Shown: one piece after another, positions 54,250-64,000 of the stretch
How the letters are laid out: every line of letters starts with the position of its first letter
Position numbering within the stretch: position 1 is the first letter of the stretch
Source of the DNA: Octopus vulgaris
Taxonomy: Eukaryota
Direction of reading: 5' to 3'
DNA length: 64,000 bases
NCBI GenBank assembly: GCA_951406725.2
Contig: OX597826.1
Coordinates: 58,218,001 to 58,282,000, forward strand
Position numbers and translations under genes: made by a program
Notes under the pieces: model-generated
Seen by the model: only the letters and a program-made list of their open reading frames with translations
What the model was told of the DNA's origin: nothing
Database searches by the model: none

Positions 54250-56943
54250 GAAATTATGAGAGATCCTACGAAAACACCTGATTTGCTAGCAAGAGGTATT
54301 TCTTACCTACTCATGAAGAATAATGAAACCAAAGTTCAGAAAAGTTCTTGTCCCATAACTTGTCTATCTACCACTTATAAAATTTTAAAATTTATCCTCG
54401 GGGAAAAAAAAACATGTACCTATGGAACAGAACGATATTTTCCCCACTGAACAGTAAAGGTGCCGATGCAGTTCATATGGGTGGAAAGATCAACTCCTAA
54501 TTAATCGAATGATCCTTAGGAACTGTCATAACAAGCACACGAATATAAATTCCGCATGGATTGATAACAGAAAGGCACTTGATATTATATCACATTCATG
54601 GATTTGAAATCGCTGGACATTTTCAAAATTTATCCTGTAATTTAAAAAAAAATTGAAGCACAACATATCAGTGTGGAATACGAATCTCCAATTATACCAC
54701 TCTAATTGTGTACTTACTTCAAACACTATTAATATCAACCATGGAATTTCCCAAGGTGACTCACCTTCACCTCTAATTTTTAGCATAGCCATCATACCCC
54801 TTACAAGTGAACTTAACTGAACAGAGTATGTATATAAAATCGAAAAGTAAATAAGCCATCAATTTTATATGGATGAATTAAAATTATGGTAAATGTAATG
54901 ATGTGCTCGAAAGCATATTACATACTGAAAAAGCATTCAGTGATGACATCAGGACGGGTTTAATCTTGATGTGTGTTCCAAGGCCACTTTCCAGAGAGGG
55001 AAATTGAAGACCGCAAATTCAGTCATGTTAGATGCTGACACAGTTATAGAAGAACTTTAGCAGGAACAAACCTATAAATACTTAGGAATAAATGAAGGCT
55101 CTGACATTTAGCATATAAGCATGTAAGATCAGGAAGGAATGTTATAGGAGAGTTCGAGCAGATTCCAAATCTGAGCAAAATGCACACAAGTTATTAGCCA
55201 TGAATTCTTTAGCAATTCTAGTTTTTATTTATAACTTCAATGTGTTGAACTGGAATATCAGTGAAATAAGGAAAATTGACAATGAAATACGTAAGCTGCT
55301 GACTTGCAATTATATGTACGATCCAAAGGCAAATGTGGATCGGCTTTACCTTCTCAGAAACCAAGGAGGTAGAGGCTTGATTCAATCTGAGCTCTTTTAC
55401 AAAATCACTACAAGTGGATTGACCAAATATATTGAAGCAACTAACTACTGAATGCTACAACCTGTTGAAAATCACGAGAAGCGTAAAAAGCTTCATTCTG
55501 TCTCGAAGGAAAGAAAACAATTTGCTATTGATTTCATGCATAATACTCAGCCTGAGTAGTGAAGCAACTGTAGTGGCAAAGGAGAGGAAATAAATGGCAA
55601 GAAAACAAGCAAGAAACTCTGTTTGGCAAATATGTGGCCCGTAGCGAACAAACTGATGTAAAATAGAAGCACACACATCAGTGGCTACGAAGCTCAGTGT
55701 TAAAGACAGAGAGGGAGGTTTCATCTTAGCTGCTCAAGATCAGAGCTTAATGACCCGGAACTACCAAGCCAATGTGATGAAAAATGGATTAGACCCAAAA
55801 TGCCGGTTCTACAATGGTGAGTTTGAAACAATGGAGCACCTAATCCCTGGATGTAAAGTATTAGCACCAGTGGAATAATATTCAAGACATGACAAAGTTG
55901 GCCAATATCTATACTGGTAGATATGTTGGCATTAAAAATCAAAACTTGACGAGTGGTAGAAGCATCACCACCCTGAGACTGTAACTGAGGGGGAAAATGT
56001 AACGACACTTTGGGACTTTCCAGTACATACAGACAGAACCATCAAAGCTCATAGAGAAAGAGCAAAACAATAAAATCGGTTTATAGATCGAGATGTATAT
56101 TCTTTTTGATCATAATATAGCGGCAAAAGGATTTGATAAGCTCAGAAAATATAAAAATTTGCTCATTGAAATCGAAAAGATGTGGCATCTCAATGCAGTT
56201 ACAATACCAGTGATTATAGGAGCACTTGGAATAATCAAAAAAGGAACTGAAAATTATTTGGGAATGATCCCTGGATGTAAAGTATTAGCACCAGTGGAAT
56301 AATATTCAAGACATGACAAAGTTGGCCAATATCTATACTGGTAGATATGTTGGCATTAAAATTCAAAACTTGACGAGTGGTAGAAGCACCACCACCCTGA
56401 GACTGTAACTGAGGGGGAAAATGTAACGACACTTTGGGACTTTCCAGTACATACAGACAGAACCATCAAAGCTCATAGAGAAAGAGCAAAACAATAAAAT
56501 CGGTTTATAGATCGAGATGTATATTCTTTTTGATCATGATATAACGGCAAAAGGATTTGATAAGCTCAGAAAATATAAAAATTTGCTCATTGGAATCGAA
56601 AAAATGTGGCATCTCAATGCTGTTACACTACCAGTGATTATAGGAGCACTTGGAATAATCAAAAAAGGAACTGAAAATTATTTGGGAATGATCCTTGGTT
56701 TGCCATTCCAGACAAGAATTGCAAAAGCTTGTTTTAACTGGTACGTTACATGAACTGAAAAGACCGTTGCTCCTGTGAGAACGATTACAACGCATGTAAA
56801 CTTTTTTTTCGCATAACTTCAGTTGATTTTGTAAATGAACAATCCGGAGTGTTTATTTTAATGGCCTATGAGTGAGCTTCTTTGACCTAGGTGTCGGGAA
56901 GACAACGATCAAGAAATGGAAACAAATTTGAAAGAAAGGAAAC
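54250..56943 (+). mobile_element. Decayed 5'-truncated R4/Dong-clade (RLE-type) non-LTR retrotransposon ending in (TAA)n
   Basis: Peptides RGISYLL..PITCLSTTYKIL, GISQGDSPSPLIF, FYMDELKL, DRLYLLRNQGGRGL, EGGFILAAQDQSL, CRFYNGEFETMEHLIPGC, RHDKVG, WDFPVHTDRTIKA, KYKNL and IPVIIGALG. Many stops and frameshifts. (TAA)n tail at 56944-57040. Confidence 0.88.
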
Positions 56944-56951
56944 TAATAATG

Positions 56952-57040
<89 letters not shown>

Positions 57041-57101
57041 TTTCAAATAGCAATAACCACACCTCGGATTTACCTCATTGGCCATGGTACGGTACCGCCT
57101 C

Positions 57102-57134
<33 letters not shown>

Positions 57135-57136
<2 letters not shown>

Positions 57137-57340
57137 GTTTCAAATTTTGCCACAATGGCAACCATTTTGGGGATGGGGATAAGTCGATTGCATCAACCCC
57201 AGTGGTATTTAAGTTATCGATCCCGAAAGGATAAAAAGGCAAAGTCGACCTCAGCGGAATTTGAACTCAGAACATAGCGACGTGGGAAATACCGCTAAGC
57301 GTTTCGTCCAACGTGCTAACGATTCTGTCAGCTCACCGCC

Positions 57341-57342
<2 letters not shown>
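57135..57342 (-). mobile_element. SINE family A, tail type 2, embedded in (TAA)n
   Basis: Reverse complement AAGGCGGTGAGCTGACAG..GAGTTCAAATTCCGCTGAGGTCGACTTTGCC..GTGGCAAAATTTGAAAC. Confidence 0.85.
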
Positions 57343-57403
<61 letters not shown>

Positions 57404-57480
57404 GCAACAACAATGATAATAATAAGAAGAAAAAATAACAACAAACATAATAATAATAATGATAACAAAGTTAATGAGGA

Positions 57481-57526
<46 letters not shown>

Positions 57527-57694
57527 AATTCAACATCCTATATCCGTAAGAGATTCACGCATTAAAAACACCGATATCCAAATACCTTTTCACCAGTTAT
57601 AATTTCAACACGAAGTAACACTCAACACGCACACACGCACACACGCACTCACCGCACACAAGACGCACCACACACACGCACGCAAGCAGACAAG

Positions 57695-57727
<33 letters not shown>

Positions 57728-57741
57728 ATACACACACAAAA

Positions 57742-57774
<33 letters not shown>

Positions 57775-58488
57775 CACAGACACACATAACACCAACGTAA
57801 ATTCTTCATGTCTGTTTGCTACCAAATAATACATTTCCCTGAGGTGTAATTAAAGATTTTCCGTTAATTAATCACGTGTCAAAACTTTACAGAGCCCTTA
57901 AAACAACAGCCTGCTGTTATATTGCTCATTCAGCTTGTTGTGTGTTAGTTAGAAAAGTTTGTGTACATGCTAAATAAAAGACTAATTGATTAATATTTCG
58001 AAATGGCATATATAGTTTGACAGGAGAAATGGCGTTGAGATTTCTCTACTCTACGGATGTATGCATGCAAGACTTTATTTACGTACTTATGTGTGTATGT
58101 ACGTACGTACGTACGTATGTATGCATGTATGTATGTATGTATGTATGTATGTATGTATATATGTATGTACGCATGTATGTATGTATGTATGTATGTATGT
58201 ATGTATGTATGTATGTATGTATGTATGTATGTATGTATGTATGAAAGTAAGTATGTATTTACGTATGTACGCATGTATGTATGCATGTATGTATGTATGT
58301 ATGAAAGTATGTATGTATGAAAGTATGTATGTATGTATGTATGTATGTATGTATGTATGTATGTATGTCATTATTCAGTTTTATTTCTAGATTTCTAGCC
58401 AATAGAGAAAGAGCCGGTTTCTAACCTAGATTCAAAGCTCCTTCATCGGAATTTCCTGTATGTATGTGTATGTGTTTGTGTGTGTGTG

Positions 58489-58552
<64 letters not shown>

Positions 58553-59143
58553 TATGCATATATGTAGGCATCTATGCATCTTTATATTTATGTATAAATG
58601 AATATACGTATCTAGGTATTATATATGTATGTATGTTTGCATGTATATTTGTATGTATTAATGCATGCATGAATGTATGTATGTCTGTATGTATATTCGT
58701 ATATGTATGTATGTGTGTATGTATGTATGTATGTATGTATGTATGTATGTATGTATGTATGTATGTATGTGTGTATGTATGTATGTGTGTATGAATGCAT
58801 GCATGCATATACGTATGTATGTATGTATGTATGTATGTATGTATGTATGTATGTACGTAAGCATGTATGTATGTATATGACTGCATATATGTACGTATGT
58901 GTATATGCATTTCTGTAAAAATATATACGTGAATGTATATGTTTGTTTATATGTATATATGTACGTTCGTATTAATGGATGCATGCATGAATGTGTATAA
59001 GTATCTACGTGGGCTTGCATACTTGTACACGTGTGTCTGTTTGCTTGTATGTACACATGCAATTATGATTGTTTGCATGTATGTATATATATACATATTT
59101 GAATCTATGTACGTATGTGTTTGTATATGTATTTATATATGTA

Positions 59144-59447
59144 GTGGAGGCGCAATGGCCCATTGGTTAGGGCAGTGGACTCGCGGTCATAGGATCGCGG
59201 TTTCGATTCCCAGACCGGGCGTTGTGAGTGTTTATTGAGCGAAAACACCTAAAGTTCCACGAGGCTCCGGCAGGGATGGTGGTGATCCCTGCTGTACTCT
59301 TTCACCACAACTTTCTCTCACTCTTACTTCCTGTTTCTGTTGTACCTGTATTTCAAAGGGCCGGCTGAATATCCCCGAGAACTACGTTAAGGGTACACGG
59401 ATCAACCGGAACCCTCATAGTCGTAACCGACGGAGTGCTTCCATCCC
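59144..59447 (+). mobile_element. SINE family C with internal deletions
   Basis: Matches 24592-24978 (reverse complement), with two short deletions. Confidence 0.88.
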
Positions 59448-59594
59448 ATTTATATATGTGTCGTATGTTTGTGTGTTTCTATGTTTGTGTATCTTTGGTT
59501 TGTTTGGATTCTTTCTACAAAGAAGAGCTGCTGGTTTGCAACAAGGGAACAAAATCTCCATTGCTGGAATTTGGATTAAAAGGGTAAAAGTGAA

Positions 59595-59939
59595 AACCCA
59601 CTTCGGTCAAGAATGACCATGGGATTGCCCCTGGAATTTTCCCCCTCCTAGGCATAAGTTTGAGTTCGATTATTTATGGGAGACCAGCAGTCGCCCACGC
59701 ATACGAGCCTCTCCTCTCCTCTTTACGCCAGAGATGTGATCTAAGGGAAATCAAAGGCCGATAGTCTGGCATCAGTGAGGTTGCAACTCGTTTCTACAGC
59801 TGAGTGAACAGGAGTAATGTGAAATAAAGTGTCTTGCTCATGAACCCAACACACAGCCCGGTCTGGTCTAGGAATCGAACTAATTACCCCATGACTGTGA
59901 CCTCGACGCTCTAACCACCAAGCCATGCGCCTTCACACC
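59595..59939 (-). mobile_element. SINE family D (tRNA-like head, CORE-like GAGCAAGACACTTTATTTCAC)
   Basis: Reverse complement GTGAAGGCGCATGGCTTGGTGGTTAGAG..GTTCGATTCC. The 3' half matches 9931-10126. Confidence 0.75.
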
Positions 59940-60489
59940 GGAATTTGGATTCACATCTACAATAACTTTAACACGATGAACTATAAAAATGCTGTGCACA
60001 GTTACACTCTTCCGGTTACAGATCTTATTTGTGAAATACCTGTTAGCGGCCCCTTTATTCGAAAACCGGCAACCGTACTATACCTCCCTTCGTACGGAAG
60101 ACGGTTTACATTGGATAGACTGCTAGACGAAAGTAACAAATTATGAAAGGGCAGATGGACCCAACAGATTTAAAAGTCATCCTACAGCTGGTTGTAAGAG
60201 ACTTAGTTATTGTTTAGACATCTCTCTAGTATAGCGGTTCTCAACCATTTTTGGTCTATGGACCACTTTGATTCCTATTCTTGTCATTGACAAGGCTCAA
60301 AAGGTATCTTGCCTCCTTACTATCCGATGCAAGTACGATTTTTCGACTCCCTCTGATACATATTGTGTTTTTAAACACCGAATGTCCACAAAAGACTTTT
60401 ATCTTAGACGAAACACGCAACTTGCTCGCCAACGAATTATATACATAAGGTATAAGATATATTTTTCTATTTCAATTTAATACTCCTTC

Positions 60490-60705
60490 AAGGCGGCGAG
60501 CTGATAGAATGGTTAGCATGTTAGCAAAATTACTAAGCAAAATTTCGTTTGTCTTTATGTTCTGAGTTAAAATACTGCCGAGGTCGACTTTGCTTTTTAT
60601 CCTTCCAAAGTTCATTAAATAAGTATCAGTTGAGCACTGGGGTTGATGTAATCAACTAAACCCTTCACGCCAAATTGCTGGCCTTATGTCAAAATTTGAA
60701 ACTAT
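60490..60705 (+). mobile_element. SINE family A, tail type 2
   Basis: AAGGCGGCGAGCTG..CCGAGGTCGACTTTGC..AAATTGCTGGCCTTATGTCAAAATTTGAAAC. Confidence 0.82.
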
Positions 60706-60953
60706 TTTAATACAGCTTCAGTTACGTCAACCAGAATATTTATTCAGCTCAACAGCTATTTGCAATGCCAGTAAATGTTCTATTCACTGTTTCTTATATC
60801 AGAGGCGAGAAATCTGGTTTGCGCATGTGGCGAGCTCGAGATGATTTTTCCTCTCTCTCTGCTATATACAGCAAGCCTTTAAACTAAGAGGAAAACCGCT
60901 GTAACAAGGCTGTCTACGGTGTATATACATTTAATATAATACATACAAGGTTA

Positions 60954-61042
<89 letters not shown>

Positions 61043-61522
61043 TATTTGTTTGTGCACGTGTTTCATCTAAAAGGGGGGAAAATAGATATTCTCTAAACCA
61101 GGTTGAAATATTTCGTGCATTAAAACAAAAACAAACAAACAAACGTATTTCTGGATCATTGATAACTAGAAACATGTGTGTTTCTCCCTATGGGATACAA
61201 TGTTTATACTGATAGACCCGGGACCCCTATTTTGTCACTAGTTCCTTCCAGAAGTATCACGAATATTAAGAGACCGACCCCTCTTTTCTAAAACTGAAAT
61301 TACACGCTAACTAGAACATGTCATGACAAGAATTGTAATGGGATTTGGTGACGTTTCCGTCACGTCATCTTGGCACATACACACACACACGTGTATATGT
61401 ATGTATGGTGTATGTATGTATGTATGTATATATATATATATATACATATATATGCATATATATATATATATATGTAAATATGTATATACAAGCATACACC
61501 CCCACATACAAGCATACACGTG

Positions 61523-61553
<31 letters not shown>

Positions 61554-61699
61554 GTATGTATGTGTGTATGTATGTATATATATATATATGTGTGTGTGTG
61601 TGTACATATGCATATACAAGCCTACACACACACACACACACATATTTATATCTGCAGTTGCAGGCTGTGTGTTTATTTAGACACCCTCCATACACACAT

Positions 61700-62314
61700 A
61701 CGAAAGAATAAGTCCTGGAGTCGATTTCTTCGACTGAATGCTACAAAGCAGTGCTCCAGCATGGTCGCAATTAAATGACTGAAACAAGTAAAAGAATAAA
61801 AGAAGATATATATACATTCATACACACACACAAACATACATACACATATACACAAATATACATACATATATATTCTTTATTCGTTCATTTGTTTCAGTCA
61901 TTTGACTGCGGACATACTGGAGCACCACCTTGAAAGGTTCAGTCGAACAAACCGACACGGGAGCTTAATTCTTTTTAAGTCTAGTGCCTAATCTATCGAT
62001 CATTTTTGCTGAACCGATAGGTTACGGGGATGTAAACAAACCATCACCAGTTGTCAAGCTCCGGTATGGGACAAGCACAGACTCAACGACTCTCTCTCTC
62101 TCTCACACACAGGCACACACACGCACACACATACATATATATAATATTATATACGCAAGCGTGGTGTGTGATAAGAAGCTTGCTTCCCAACCACATGGTT
62201 CCGGGTTCAGTCCCACTGCGTGACACCTTGAGCAAGTGTCTTCTACTATATCCTCAGGCCGACTAAAGCCTTGTGACTAGATTTAGTATACAGAAACTGA
62301 AAGAAGCCTGTCGT
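61700..62314. mobile_element. SINE family B fragments: 3' tail (+, 61700-61805), 3' half (-, 61870-62075), 5' half (+, 62155-62314)
   Basis: Each fragment aligns by eye to parts of 33186-33563. Confidence 0.75.
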
Positions 62315-62443
62315 ATGTATGTATGTATGTATGTATGTATGTATGTATGTATGTATGTATGTATGTATGTATGTATGTATGTATGTATGTATGTATGTAT
62401 GTATGTGTGTGTATGTGTGTGTATGTGTGTATGTATGTATGTG

Positions 62444-62510
<67 letters not shown>

Positions 62511-62514
<4 letters not shown>

Positions 62515-62668
62515 AGCCACTACACATTTTTTATTTTCTCTTCTTGTTTTCTTTCTGTGTTCCTTCTGTGGAAGAGCGTGGGCTCGAAACGTTAAAGACT
62601 TTTTTCACTTTTCGAGCGTTATACTAATACACTACACCACCTGTTTTTGTCTTTTTTTGTGTGATTTC

Positions 62669-62672
<4 letters not shown>
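62511..62672 (+). mobile_element. Short Penelope-like module between (TA)n tracts with a degenerate hammerhead motif (62561-62598)
   Basis: TCCTT-CTGTGGA-A-GAGC-GTGG-GCTC-GAAA-CGTT-AAAGA. Confidence 0.5.
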
Positions 62673-62731
<59 letters not shown>

Positions 62732-63092
62732 GACTTACGGAATGGAGTAGGTAAGATCCGGACTATATATGTTTCATAGTGAGCGGAACCTCAGAAGTGC
62801 AGAAGTGATTAAAGTCCAAGCGAGGTGTATACTGCCGGCCACTCTTCAGGTCAAGTATATCTTGATAAAATTAAAGGTTACATTGTTGCAAGGAGATACA
62901 TGTTGACTCATGGAAGATTCAATCAGAATTAATTCGTCACGCGTCAGTATGACTTCCTTGCGACGATGTAAACTTTAATTTTATCAAGATATCATTGACC
63001 TGAAGAGTAGCCAGTGGTATACATCTCGCCTGAGGTTCCGCCCGCTATGAGACATATGTAGCCCGGATCTTATCAGTTCCTTTCCGTCACTC
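62732..63092. mobile_element. Palindromic fold-back/MITE-like element with ~150-170 bp diverged arms
   Basis: TAAGATCCGG / CCGGATCTTA, GCGGAACCTCAG / CTGAGGTTCCGC, CTCTTCAGGTCAA / TTGACCTGAAGAG, ATATCTTGATAAAATTAAAG / CTTTAATTTTATCAAGATAT. Confidence 0.75.
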
Positions 63093-63189
63093 ACCCGCCA
63101 AAACTAGTTGCCTACCATGGAATGTAAAAAGAACATTTTTCAGCCTATCGTTCTTCGATACGAAAAGAAAACAAAAAATCCACACAGCC

Positions 63190-63586
<397 letters not shown>

Positions 63587-64000
63587 CAGTCTACTCTGCA
63601 GAGCTATAAACATCTAAAAGCTACTTATAAACACAGTTTTTTGTGTATTAGTAAATACTACAAAAAAAAAACAAAAAAACAAAAAAAAAAATCATACACA
63701 AATGTGTCTCGGTTGTGATTAAGTAAAGATTGGATGAAATCTCTTTAGTATTGTAGGCATATTCTTATAATTAAAAAGAAAGGAAGCAAAGAAAACCGTA
63801 AAGTTTTGATTTGATGTCAAATTAACTTGGTTCTGTAATTATCATAATCTCAGCTTTTTTATTCATTCAATGGTTGTGATGTGTAACATTATAAAGACAT
63901 ACATAGACAATAACAACAACACATACTGACTTATACACGCACCCATATATATATACACACACACACATACATTCATACACATACATACACAAACAAGCAC

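Noticed and set aside
59144-59220. SINE heads as true tRNA genes
   Set aside because: They are continuous with SINE bodies in multiple dispersed copies and lack a complete cloverleaf.

Overview
AT-rich, microsatellite-dense eukaryotic DNA. It is most likely intergenic or intronic sequence from a coleoid cephalopod (Octopus-like); this is inferred from the repeat content and not verified. No intact host protein-coding gene is supportable, and almost all listed ORFs are microsatellite translations. The window holds at least four tRNA-derived SINE families, one tRNA-Leu(TAA) gene or pseudogene, hAT, mariner/Tc1 and Merlin/Mutator-type MITEs and remnants, and decayed RTE and R4/Dong-type LINEs. 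It also holds a ~6 kb array of an 86-bp satellite interrupted by a 5'-truncated Tx1/L1-clade LINE, a 100-N gap, and a 22-bp/10-bp satellite block. Main highlights: (1) the last ~70 nt of the Tx1-type LINE match the 3' tail of the youngest SINE family, which suggests a Tx1-driven SINE/LINE pair and a tail swap in that SINE lineage; (2) several short Penelope-like modules beside (TA)n tracts carry minimal hammerhead ribozyme motifs, one with a U3-A8 compensatory core inside a perfect 135-bp inverted repeat and one with a canonical core, and a Penelope-type GIY-YIG remnant is also present; (3) nearly every 86-bp satellite unit carries a POU/octamer motif.
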